From assembly GCA_010093705.1 (NCBI GenBank), contig MU006114.1, positions 124,001 through 188,000 of the forward strand: a DNA stretch of 64,000 bases, given 5' to 3'. The position numbers and the translations under genes are program-made. The stretch comes from Patellaria atrata CBS 101060. Taxonomy: Eukaryota. Positions 39,501 to 52,196 of the stretch are shown one piece after another. Position 1 is the first letter of the stretch, and the number at the start of each line of letters is the position of its first letter. Under the pieces are notes generated by a model. That model was not told the origin of the DNA and did no database searches. It saw nothing but the letters and a program-made list of their open reading frames with translations.

Positions 39501-40981
39501 GTACCTTGGGGAACGTTACACGACCCGGTGTTGAATGTCGAAAGACCCAATAGGCTCAAACTGGAAAGCTTGAGGTTGTCTTGTACAACATCCCATATCG
39601 GAAGTTACCCCTCACTCTGCGTTCCTCAATCACCATATTTCGCCGCAATTAAGGTATGGATGACTGATATTGTTTGTTATCAAGTTCACGGTAAGGTCCA
39701 GGTAGCGTAGTCTGAAAAGCTTATCAGATCACCTCACTCATTTGGTTTCGGGTAGTGCTGAGATGACGGTATATTCCCCCGGATAATCTTTATCAGCAGT
39801 CCATCCCTGCAATTTGATATCATTTACAGGAGTTCGGCATGCCGTATCGTAGAGCAACCGGTCGGGCCGCGTTCACAGGATGTGGCCAGCCGGCATATTC
39901 AACGAGGCACCTACTGCAAAGTCATGCATCAGTTGCCCTACCGAAATATTTCTGAGCAACCAGGGGACGTGGAGGCAATAAAGTTATAGGGATGTCAGCC
40001 CTGAGTAATTCCCCTCGTTGTAACCCTCAAGGACTTCATCTGGGGCTTTTTCCTGATCAGGACAATCTCAAAGGTACCAAGCTGCAGTTGCCCGCTTCGT
40101 GTAGCCTCTAGGATATTGACGGTTGTTCTGGAACGTCAAGATGTGTAAAATCCGGTGAGCCGTGGGGTTGAGAAAGGGATGTTAAAAGTGATGGATCACA
40201 ATTGCCTACTCATCTCAGCAGCTAATGCATGATATACATACCGATGATATGTATAGGCTTTCGCGTACATCGGTGATCGCGATGGTGTAACGGACGACTG
40301 ACCGGACTGCTCACGTTCCTCGAATAGAAGCTCACGCTGCTATGTTCTCTGCAGATGTGTTTGCTAGTGATGACCATGCGGAGGTTCACTGCAGCAGGTT
40401 CTATCCAATCGAGTTCTTCTTAATGTAATTGAGAGGCACAACAAGTCGAATTGTGTGGGAAAAGAGGAGAAGAGGATGCCTAGGAGTTGCTGACAGTAGT
40501 TACAGTACAGCAGGAGGAAGTTATTCATGACATCCTGGATCTCTGCATGCGTCGTAGTTCCCGTCAATGAATTGCCCACAGGGCTGAAACAACATGCACG
40601 TGCACATAAGGCCCCCTCAAGCACATGATTCTTACCATTATTTCACTTATAGTATTGGAACCTGATCCGTAAAGTAGGTACTTCTTGAACTGAAATACGG
40701 TGTGGATTTGCTATATCTCAATTCATCGATAGCATGACTGTAAATGCACAAACCTCCTGAGCGTCGTACACCAAAACCAAGAGATATGACGGCAGGGACC
40801 TTAAGCACACATCAAGGAAAATCATCCCGTGAGGTATTTTACAGTTGCCAACTACCCCATAATATCAAATGAACGCCACCAGAACCCAAGTCCCCTTCTC
40901 TACCAAATATCCGTTGAATGCCAATTATGTCACTATCAACCCTCACAGCGAGCCTGAGAAGAGAACCCTCAAAAAGTGTTT

Positions 40982-42257
40982 TTAATAGGGGCTGTTGACA
41001 ATATCATTCCTTCCTAAGTAGCTCTTCCTCGTATTGCTGCGCCTATTGTCTCCGATCCGAGAAGGTGTTGCGATACTCTCTCGTGTCGGCTTTTGAAGTT
41101 GGCGCTTAGCAACCATATTAACCTCGTTTGGTAAGGCAACAATCAGATTCTTATCCGAACCAAACTTGAAGTTATCTGCTTTAACTTCCTCAGAGTAACG
41201 CTTGATGCTGTAGGGATCCTTGCGTTTGGCGAGCACCTTCTTCATGCTCCATGTAACGATGAACGGACCCGTAGCTGTGATAATCGTTGTCTCGGAGCTA
41301 TCGACGCCGGTGTTGAAACGTGCAGGTGTAAACGAGATAGGGGCCTTTGTCTCATGTTGGAATTGAGCAACATGAGCAGGTGTCAATGCTAGACGTCGAG
41401 GCTGTGGCTTTGAGTCTTTAGCAAACGCTTTCTCAAAGCCAAGTTTGCCCTCATTCTTTCCACTTTGTTGTAGAGCATCAATGAGAAGTAGATATGTGCG
41501 AGTCGTTGCTAAGACCCATCTACCATCCGCGGAAACGTCAAGGCCAATGATAGGGTCACCCAGAGCTGGAATGTGGGTCTTGGCATTGATACCAAGGCGA
41601 TCAAACATGCGAATGTCACCTTTGTTGGATGCAACCGCAATGTAGCCCTTATCCGTCGTAGCAGCAGCAGAAAAGTCGTTCTTTGAAACGTACTGTTTGA
41701 GTTCGGAGTCGACTAGCTTATCTCCAGCCAAACGGGGATCAATGCGGTACAACGCGTTCCTAGACAGCCCAAGGAAAGTTTGCTCGCCTGTCATTTGTGC
41801 GAATTTCTACTTATGTTAGTATCATATTCTAGGTCAGAAGTTATTAGACAATGGGTAACGTACAGATTCTGGCGCAATAACATTGACAGGGATATCATTA
41901 TGGACCTTCCATTCGTCTACTACCTTTCCATACTCAAGATCCATGCGGTATAAGGAGTTCGGATTGTCTGCATTCTGCAAAATCATGTTCGTATCCTCGC
42001 CATGGAGCATAACCTTTGTTGGACTGAATAATTTGCCTTTCGGAGTTTGCACCTTCGAGATGTTCGTAGAGAATTCGAGGTGATTATCGGGGGTATGCTT
42101 GAAGACACCAATCTTAGAACCCCTGACAACAAAAGATCGATCGTGTTTGTACCCAACAGCAAGCTGCGAGTTAGCATCGCCATCTTCTTCACGAGTGTTA
42201 ACGTCATCCTCAGACTCATCAGAATCGTAATGTTCGCTTCGCTGCCCGTCGTCTTCA

Positions 42258-42289
<32 letters not shown>

Positions 42290-43591
42290 TTCATGTTCTT
42301 CACCTTCCTGATCCTCCATCGTAAGATCCTGAAACGCTTCTAAGACATATTCACGGTCATTGTCTTTAGCTTTTAACCATTTCGTTTGATTCAAATGCTC
42401 CCATAGACCTTGCATCAAGCCCTCATTGAAACGCTCTAGGGTTTCTGTATCTTTGAAGCGTAGCAGCCAGGAGAAAGCGGACCCATCTTCCAAGTAATGG
42501 TTGAAGATGAAGGAAAGATATTCAAAGTTGAATACGGGATTGATCTCGGGTACAACAGGCTGACCAAGCCAATCCCGCTCTTCACCAGTCACCTGAAGCC
42601 AATACTCCCAATTTCCCGTCTCCGATACAGTAGCTTTAACGGCAGGATCCTGAAGGAGAAATGTACCAGACTGGAAATCGAACAAGTGGAGCTCTGCAGC
42701 TTCGTCTGCAAGTATCTCTCGCCCTTCAGGTCTAACTGCCGCGGGCGGAGCAATCGTAGGCTTGTCTTCTTTTTCTTCTTTTACCGGGACATTTCCTCGC
42801 TTAGATGACTTGTTAGCAATCTCTCCTTTGCTAATTGACTTTTTTGGGGTTGGAAGAGCCTGCTTGGGTTCTGGTAAGGTAGGCATCGCGGGCGACTTTG
42901 TCGTCGGGCTCGATACTGGACTCGCGTCGGGTACCGGTTCGTCGACGAAGTAAAACTGCTTCAGGTCGTCTTCTGTTGCAGTATCCCTACTCTTGCGGTA
43001 CTTGCGTTCGTACTGACACTGTGCGGCAACGATTTCGAATGTGGACACAGTACCCGCTTGCACTGAACGATCGCAAACAAATTCCCAGAGATCGCCTTGA
43101 TCTCCACTAAGATCCCTCCAAGCGAACACTTTCTCTCCTGTTTGTCTAATATCTGTCCTAAATTGCAGGCTTTCGTCTAATAAGAATGTCTTTTCGTCCT
43201 TGTCTCCACTCAATCCTTCCAAGGCTGCGTCTTCACCTTCCTCGTCTGCGATCAGTTCCTCCTCGCCTTCTTCGTACGCACGTTGAATAACAAGTTGATA
43301 CTGAAACTCCTGTCCAGTCCGACGTATGGATGCGGCCGCGTCCTTGAAGATGAGCTCAGAGTAACCCTTTACAGAAAGAGGGCGGACGAGATAGAGTTGT
43401 CCTTGTGGGACTTCGATGATGGACTCCTTAGAACTATCTCCAAAGAGAAATTTACTAACTATAGATATCCCCGAAAGATTAGTGTCTTATGTCGTTGATC
43501 ATAAAGCTACCTGAAAGACGATGGTTGAGGGAGGTAGAAGTTAAGACGCGGGGCGTCATGTGTTGCTCTTACCGTTCTTGATCATAAACAT
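40982..43591 (-). CDS. VID27: Vacuolar import and degradation protein 27
   Basis: MFMIKN/VSKFLFGD...IIEVPQGQLYLVRP (intron 43459-43572), NSQLAVGYKHDRSFVVRG, LYRMDLEYGKVVDEW, intron 41807-41863, RIDPR, AKTHIPALGDPIIGLDVSADGRW. Confidence 0.92.
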
Positions 43592-44312
43592 TGTCGCGAA
43601 GATATGTATGAGATGTTTGTCTGTTCTTGGCAAATTTCCGAGGCCTGCTGGGGGAGTAAGGAATTAACTGACCTCACCTGTTGTTGTGCGCAGAAGAAAG
43701 CTGGGAAAGCAAAAGGATCGATTTCTTGCGTACTTGTAGGGCAGAAAGTGGGAGGTAAACAATCGTCATCCCACCAGGCTGCACTCTCTAGAACTAGGCC
43801 TATCCCGGTTACCGTACTAGCACCATAAGTATACTTCCACTTACCTAATTCTTGAAAGATAATATGGTAAATTAAGTACATGTATACTCCGGAGACGTTC
43901 AACGTTCCCAAGAAGCACAATAACTACTTTGAATATGTGAATAAAAAAATCCTATGCTTTTTTAGTGCGTATATCAGTGTCGTTACGAGCCCTATATACA
44001 GTGAATCTGCCTCATCACCTCACTGGAAAGAAGTGTTAACTTCGATTTTACGCAAAGCAATTTCGTCCTTAATATCTAAGGTGCCCCGATGAATCTCTCA
44101 TATACTCAAAGGAATAATCTACAAACTCCTCTTGTGGCCTCTATGAAGAAGTACGGGATGTTGAGTAGGAGAAGAATAGCCTCACCTAGTAGTAGATTCC
44201 CAGGCGGATCGACTATGTACTGTGCAAATTGTATGGTACACGCACGTTTCATAGAGATACGCAAGTACCGTACGAGGAGGGTATTATTGTCAAGATCCAA
44301 GCAGGTAAGCGC

Positions 44313-46992
44313 TCACCCCTTTCTCAACCTCCCGATTTTATCCACCATCTCCTCAATCTTGTATGGTTTATGTATAATATCGTCCATTCCCGAATCCATC
44401 ATATCCTGTTTTTGCTCTTCCCTCACATTCGCTGTGACCCCAAGCACTGGTATCCGATTCCTTTCTTCCTTCCGTTCCCACTCACGGAGGCCCTTTGTCG
44501 CAGCGTTTCCGTCCATGACCGGCATCTCTTGATCCATTAGTATGCACTCGAAGGGTAGAGTATCCTTATGACCGTTTGAGGCGCTATCAATTACTGTGTT
44601 AACCCCCTCACGACCATTATTAGCTGTCGTGACTGCGTATCCTTTGGACTCAAGTTTGCGGCGAAGAATCTTTTGGTTGATGACGTTGTCCTCCACGACG
44701 AGGATGCGCGGTCTGCCATTATTTGTCTTCTCGGAAGCGCTGCCCAGTGGACTGTCCCTACCTTCGCCATAGCTAGATTTGTGAGAAGAGGGAATATCTG
44801 GTCGTTCGTTGATATTGTATTCATCAGTATGTTGCTCGACGTGAGAAGCAACTTTCGCCGTCTCCTGATAACGTTCCGCCTTGTTATCAAATGTGGACCC
44901 CGTCTCGGGTTTGGCTTCTGTCACATTCTCAACAGGAGGATCTTTCAATGATTCCGGAACCTCCTCATCCTCGATCGGCTGTATGGAAATAGGTGCAACT
45001 TTCTTTCCTGCAGTATTACACAGATAGTCCGTCGCATGCTGAAACTGTCCGTCAGGATCAGCGGGCGCGTCTGTTCTGCGTACTTTGATAAAATAGCCAA
45101 AGGTACTCCCTTCTCCCAATTTGGAGCTAACGCCGATTTCTCCGCCGTGGAGTTGACACAGCTTCCGACTGATGTTAAGACCCAGACCACTACCTCCATA
45201 TATTTCAGATGTTTTTGGAGTAGCTTGTCTGAACCGTTCGAACAATTTGGCCTGGTCTTCGGCACTAATTCCAATACCAGTATCTTTTACTGCAACCATG
45301 AGGTACAAAGTCTCTCCGTTTCCCCATTCTGAGGTTAGTGTACCATCCATTCTATAACCCGAATCATCAGTATCAAAGAAGACCACGCTGGGTGGATATG
45401 ACGTTGGGCGTTGCTGAGAAGCACCTATCGCAACAAATATCTTCTTGTCTCCATCGGTTTTCGCTGTGAACTTGATCGCGTTCGTCATCAAATTGGTGAG
45501 CACCTGTACAACTCTGACCTCATCTGCCTTAACCCACTCGACCATGCAATCTTGGTACGAAATATCTACCGAGTATTTGAAATCGATACCCTGTTTACGT
45601 AGCTCAGTTTGGAACATTTTCAGCGCATTTGCCACGCCCTCCTTCGGTCTGATACTCTTAGGAGATAACGACAACATGGCAGAGTCCAACTTAGAGAATG
45701 AAAGAATATCGTCGACGATATTCTTCTGGTGCATTACGCAAATATTTATTGTCTTGGCTGCTTCGATGATATCTGCTGTATATGGGCTGTCGTCACCGCT
45801 ATGTCTTGACTGCACAATCTCCAAGATATCCTCTGCACAGTGTAGTACAGCAGAAAGGGGATTTCGAATCTCATGGCTTATCATATCTATGAAACGTTCC
45901 TGTTGCTCTTTACGCTCTTGTGCTTCATCTGCGTTCTTCTTCTGGGCAAGTTCTGCTGCTTTATTAGAGGTGATATCAACGATGGCGCATATAAAACCCC
46001 CATGCTCTTTCAAGCTAACATGCTTCAGCTCCTCATCGCCAAGAGGAGTTAACAGCAACAGTCTCCAAGGAGTCGATTGTCCCTGGGACCGAAATTCTAT
46101 CTGCATTTGCTGTCCCTTGGCAAATGCTTCGCGATACGCTCCCATTACTGAGTCATAATCTTCCTCGTGGATGCTTTCGGGCCAGCCCTGGAACTGTTTA
46201 TTGGCATCATCGTTCGTGGTTAGTGTCCAGAAGCGCGTGTTAACGAACACTGCTTGAGCATCTCGGTCCAGTATAGCAATACCAACAGGGAGCATCTCCG
46301 CGAACCTGTGGAAAAAGGGGTGTAGGTCGAATGGTTGTGCATCAGAGCTCCTTTTCTGAATTTCTTGAGGTTGTCCGACATCGGGACTCGTTTTCTCAAT
46401 CTCTTGAGGTTGTCCGACATCCGGGCTCCCCTTGCCAGCCTTTTGAGGATTGCTTTTGGTCTCAGCGTCTGCATTCGCATTTTCTAACTTCTCCGCTGGA
46501 GGTTGGAGGGACTGATTCAAGAAGTTGACGTTCGCGAGTATCTGTGCAACAGCTCCACGAATGGTATCTGATTCAGTATCCCAAATTGGACTGACGGTGA
46601 CCGGTAAAACTCTTCCATCCTTCAATCGACGTTCAAACTTCGTAGACGTCATGCGGTTTTCTGGCTTTGTCTCGAGAATTGAGCGCAGCGCTTCTAATGC
46701 TTCATCTGACAAGGAATCTTTTTGCGATCTTCCTTCCTCTTCGTCGTCGGAATCCATTATACTCTCCCATTTGTTATTCTGATGCAGGGCGTGTTCGTCG
46801 CCCCAGTAGATAGCCGCTGGATGGGGTAAGGACTTGACGAATGTAACGAAGGATTTGAGACAATGACTAATGTTACAGTAGTTAGCCCATCTGAACAAAT
46901 AAACACCTTGAAAGGGCTTTGCAAGCTCACGATGGGGTTGGGTCTGCCTGCGACTGTGCGGCTCCATCAAACTTGCAATGGCCATCTTCCAT
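44313..46992 (-). CDS. Hybrid sensor histidine kinase (PAS-HisKA-HATPase-REC)
   Basis: H-box FIDMISHEIRNPL, N-box QVLTNLMTNAIKFT, G1 DTGIGI, G2 GGSGLGL, receiver ILVVEDNVIN...CILMDQEMPVMDG...KP. PAS-like segment MLPVGIAILD...FVN...W...IHEED. Best start is gccgccATGG at 46992 with intron 46867-46930. Confidence 0.93.
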
Positions 46993-47528
46993 GGCGGCGA
47001 ACTTTGATTGATCTCAGGATGCTCTTGGAATCATAGTTATATTCGGCGAGCATTTTGTATGCGTCAGAGGAGGAGCAGAGGGTATTATACTACTAGAGCA
47101 CGCGTTGTAGAAAGAATCGATCTACAAAATGACGTACTGGCTGCAAGAACGCCTTCGCCGCATCTCGCTTTCCATCATCGAGAATACTGTATGATTTAGC
47201 GTACAGAGGTACAGTGTTCCAGACCACCTTTAACATTTGTGTTTTTATATAGTACTTCTATATATATTTTTAAGGACGGGCTCTTGTTATATCTTTTCTA
47301 AATTTACCTCATATTACTACTCTACGGGGATGTCATTTTATGTACCCATTTATATTACTTCACGTCACTTTATATCCTACTCTACTAAATACTCTACATA
47401 GACTTCTACTAGCAGCTATAACTTAGTGGAGCGATCCATACGACCCATCTATAGCCTTTGTCGAGCCAGAGCTTTGTCGAGCCAGAGCACTCAATCAAAA
47501 ATTCCGTTCGGTTTCAAAGGAAAAGACC

Positions 47529-47877
47529 CGTACGGGTTAGATACGGCCTCAGCTACGGTCTCACATACGGCCTCAAATGAGCTCTCTGCACGACCAGGGC
47601 CGCAGTAGGGCAAGCATATTTAGAAGGATAGCTTATAGTCCGCTCTGGGCTCCTTCTGACCGTTCGGTTCCCCCATTAGTAGACGCGTCTAAAGCTATAT
47701 CTGGTGCTATACACAAGCCGTACATCTCGCTCTTCGTAGCCCTATCCGAGCCATACCCATCGCGCCATACCCCCATATTCGAACCTATCTTCATGCTCCT
47801 ATCCAAGCCGTACAAATCACTCCTCTGAGACCGTATTCAAACCGTACAGATCACTCTTCATGGCCGTATCTAAGACC
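47529..47877. repeat. Foldback/MITE-like segment with inverted ends and internal ~33 bp degenerate repeats
   Basis: TTAGATACGGCC at 47537-47548 is the perfect reverse complement of GGCCGTATCTAA at 47862-47873. TACGGTCTCA at 47554-47563 is inverted at about 47826-47836. AAGCCGTACA-type units recur internally. Confidence 0.55.
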
Positions 47878-48552
47878 AACCGCCAAATGGCTGGACTTGA
47901 ATTTTAACCAAAGACTCGGCTGTCTTGATCGAGCTCATGTCAAGCTTCAAGCGATGAAGCTCTTCGGAAATGCGTGAGAGTTTGCTTGTCTTGCGTGGTC
48001 GAGAGGGTTTGTGGGCGGCTGGGATGAGCTGGGAATATGAGTGTTATGAAGGTGCTCAAGGTGGGTGTGATTCCTTACCTTTTAATGGATGTTTGGTGCT
48101 TGGAAAGGATTGAGGGTGTCAGCCATGACTAAGAGGGAAATAATGCGAGAGGGACGGGAAGTAGCAGGTCTGAGGAGCTTTGTTCATACCCTAATGGAGG
48201 TAAGTGCGAGACTTAATTATAAGGAAGCAACAAGCTGTCACGGAAAATTCTGCTGCTTGATTTCCTTGGTAAGTACTATAGTCGTTGCCCATGATGTGTT
48301 TGGTTTACATCACGCACCAGTGATCGATCAAGACACGCAAAACAACAGGCATTCAGTAAGTTCGCCATTGATTTGATCATCCACGTCAAGCTATCTGGTA
48401 CAAGCAAAACCACCCACCCAGCGAGCGCACCCGATCCTCATTCTAGATAGCATAAACTCCAGACACCGTATGAAAAAGTAACTTTAACCTTCTCCTTAAC
48501 TCATGGATGTCAAAGTTCTCAATAGCCGTTCAACACAGCGAACCCGAGAGCG

Positions 48553-49096
48553 CTATATAGCAAGCTCGATTTTCTCTCCCATGTCAGCATCAAATTCACC
48601 GAGTAAGTCCTCATCATCGACAGGTTCATTCTTGACATCCTCCTTGATCTTCTTAGTCGGCGACTCGTCGTTCTCCTTGTCTTCTTCATCAACACGCTCA
48701 TTGCTCTTACGAGCGCGCTTGGTCGATTTCGGTGTCTTCGGCATTTTGGCAGCCCTGGGCGTCGCAGCACCGTCCTTTTTGGGCTTCGGACCACGCTTCT
48801 TCGGCGTCGCAATGGTCTTCTCGGTATCGATGTTGTTGTCGCTGTTTTCGTCCATGTTGTTCTTGAGTTTCTCTTTCATCCGCTGGATGAGACGTTGGCA
48901 GGCGACCTTGGAACGGCCTTCGGGGACGGGGCAGAGATCCCAGTTGATGGGTCCACACGCTTTGTCCATGAGATCGAAGATGAAGGAAAGCTGGCATGTT
49001 AGTGATGGTAGGTAGATTAGGTATGGCTTATCTCACCTTTTCATTTTCGGACCAGGCGGCCTTGCTTGAGGGTTCTTTGCCTGCGTTGGCTGTCAT
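48553..49096 (-). CDS. Small putative nuclear protein with a Myb/SANT-like N-terminus and basic/acidic tail
   Basis: MTANAGKEPSSKAAWSENEK, intron 48991-49036, then LSFIFDLMDKACGPINWDLCPVPEGRSKVACQRLIQRMK, a W...W...GRS..AC helix pattern. KKRGPKPKK is NLS/AT-hook-like. Confidence 0.7.
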
Positions 49097-50270
49097 GATT
49101 GCGTATTCGTCGTCTATGAATTGGAAACGCGTCAATATTATTTTCATATCCATGTAACGGTCATGGTAGTGTGGGAATAAAGCTCACTTTGATATTATTC
49201 ACTTACTGTAGGGATGGTTGTTTAATTAGTGTTGACTGGTTCGGTGGTAGGTCGAAGGTCGAGGTTAGATGTGAGAAGGTAGGTCGAAGGTCGAGGTCGA
49301 AAGTCAACAAGTAGTCAAGACTCAAGAGCAAGATTCGGTTTACCTTAAGTGAAGGCGATCCACATTATTTGTTTGTCGAGCCGTTGTTTTCACATGTCCT
49401 CCTCATTTTGCTACCTGTCACATTTCACATCTCGCATTTCCATAGACATCTGGATTTTACCCATGAACATAGCTACTTCCCATACAGTCCCTTAGTCGTC
49501 TCATATTGTCTAATATCGCCACCAATAGGCTCGACTTTCAAATTACCTCATTCACAACCTCCTTGCCCTGTCACTGAAGGTCCAGCTTCCAGATTCGGTA
49601 GACGATATATAGTTACTTTGTCAGTGTCTTACGGCTTCCTTATCACCTCAGAACTACTGTGTTCATTATAAGACTCCCCTGTTTATAGTCAATCAAACTC
49701 CTGGCCAACCCGTTCTTCATCCTATATATACTAAAACTATGTGTCTGCTAACTCTTCTCACCCTGGTGGCCCCTGATCGCTCTTGCTGTCTGCGTTTCCA
49801 TCGTCCCATCATCTTGACCGTTTGTCCCACACCTCATTATGATATCGGATGGTAATTATCTACATGACTTCATTCGCTAAATCATGTTCACGGTTCACGG
49901 TTCACCGATGCAGGACACTATTTAACATGACTCTTATCGGTCTTTATTCACATTCAATCGAACCATCTTTCATTCTCGGTTATTCATCACCACAATCACA
50001 TCATACGAGTCCCATTGACCCTTACTCGTGTACAACTCCGGCCTCGCCAGCATATACATAAAGTCAAAACATATCCACACGGATGAACGTTCAGATAAAC
50101 CGTATACAAGAAAAAAAAAACAATCAAACCAGGGGAATAGTGCAAATCGTAACTCATGACCCAACGCCCGTTCAAAAAGCGCCCTTACACCAGACCACAA
50201 AATCCTTCAACGAAACCCATCCTCAAAAGACCCAATACTCAAAAAATTAAACAAAATAGCTCATCTCCCT

Positions 50271-52196
50271 CTATCTCCCCAGCTCCGGTTTCCTTGCCAT
50301 ATTCACTACCGGCGGCGGACCATCCGAATCCGGATACGGCAGCACGACTCCTGCCGGCGGCCGACTCAACGTGGCATGCGTGCTCGGCGGCTTCGGCTGG
50401 CCCTGGATGGGCGTCTTGGGGGGTCTCGGAGGCGGCGGCGGCGGCTCATTCGGACTCGGCACCAAACTCCCATTCGAAGAGTGGGGGTTGCTCCCATAGA
50501 GCTCCGCGCTTCTGCGCGGGGGCGCGCCGTCGGCGGAGTAGCGGGGGGAGTTTTCCGCGTCCACGACTTGCGGGTACTCGTCCGAGGAGACGATGGCATA
50601 TTTGTCGTTGGAGGTTTCGAGGGAGTGGTGTCTGGCGTAGCCGGGGGAGAGGAGCTGGCTCACGGGGCGGAGGGTCGCGGGAGAGGCTGGGGTGGCGGGG
50701 ATGACGTCTTCGGCGGGGAGCTCGGCGACGTTGGGGGCCGGGGAGTAGATCCCCGGTAAGGGTTTGTTGTTCGCGTACGGAGAGCCTTGCTGTTGCTGGT
50801 TGTAGAGCTGGCGCTCGTAGCGGATTTTCTGGCGGGCGATGCGCCCGATTTTGGCGGAGGAGGACATGCTCATGTTTTGCGTCGAGGCTTGTTGGAGGTA
50901 TTGGCGGGTGTTTGTGCTGATTTCGGCCAGGCGTGCCCACTCGTTCATGCCGAACTCGCCGACACCGACTTCAACGTTGAAGCGGTAGTAGTTCTCCGGG
51001 TTGACTTGGCGCTTGCTCAGGTGCTCTTTTAGCATATATTGATGCGTGTCCTCACACCCTTCGATCTTGTTGATGAGCCGTCTTCTTGCCTCTGCGAAAT
51101 CCCCCATGCCACCTCCCACAAAGCCCTCCCACCACTCATGCTGCCGGTGATTGCTGCCAGCGGGTCTCTTGCCCGTACCGATAGACACGAAGACGCTGAC
51201 TTCACGTCCTGGCCATTCGTTGCAGACGGCCTCGTCGAGAATTTGAGGGCCCGGGTTGTACTTTCCAGCACCTTCGTCGATAAAGACGGATTGCCCGATT
51301 TGGATCGGTTTGAAGGCAAGTCCTGTGGCGGAGGTAGCACGTCCGGCTTGCCAGATCGTGCAATGGAATTCGGGAGCTGGTTCTTTGCGAGAATCATACG
51401 ATCTTAATAATACGGAACTACCATTCTTAGGTGTTCCCTTGTAAACCGCTGTTACTGCACTAGAGGGACGTTAGCTCGATCTAGTTGAATCAGTGTGAAA
51501 TTTTCTACATACGTTTTTGTACGGTTTTCTCTCGTATCGTAAAGAAGAGCGTTAGGGTCGCCCCATCTCATTCCTGCGTACCGTAAATTGACTGCTGGAT
51601 TCCCTATTTGGCTGTACCGGCTTGCATTACTTCCTGCTCTTTCTACCCTCCCCAGTTGACTACCTCCCCTTCCCATTCGTGCATTAAGATTCATTGTTGA
51701 GCCTGTATCATTACCTTCATTGTCTGATAGCGTATGCTCCCGCACACACTCCTTGATCGCCTCCTCTAATTTCGAGGCCTTGAACAGCGTAGATCTGTAC
51801 GGTATTCCCGCAATGGTTTTGTCGGTCTCGAAAACCTTCTTCGTCATCCGTACATACACATCTTTGCAGGTATCGATGTCCATCCTTAATCTTCCTAGCA
51901 TAATCGCTATCAAACCACCCGTTCCGGTGCCAGCAATCAAATCGAAGTGTTCGCATGGTTTCGGGATCTCGTGGCGCTTCGGTGCTCTTCCTTCCTGTTC
52001 AACGAATGTCCGATGCATCAACTCTTGTAGGATAATAAGCATGGAATAACCTCGCACACCACCGCCATCTGTGGAGCAAGTTTGTCAGTATTTCTATAAA
52101 TAGCGCGAACGATGAACGCGACTTACCTAGAGATAAAATACGCAGCGGTGGTCCTTTCGTGGTATCTTTACGTCCGAGACGAGTATTCGAGTCCAT
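50271..52196 (-). CDS. Patatin-like phospholipase-family protein with a Pro-rich C-terminus (catalytic Ser absent)
   Basis: LRILSL/DGGGVRG (intron 52069-52126), PCEHFDLIAGTGTGG, intron 51460-51512, IWQAGRATSA, FIDEG, SIGTG and YYRFNV. Confidence 0.9.

Noticed and set aside
44089..46158. Plus-strand ORFs of 147 and 237 aa
   Set aside because: Antisense to the histidine kinase; no independent evidence.
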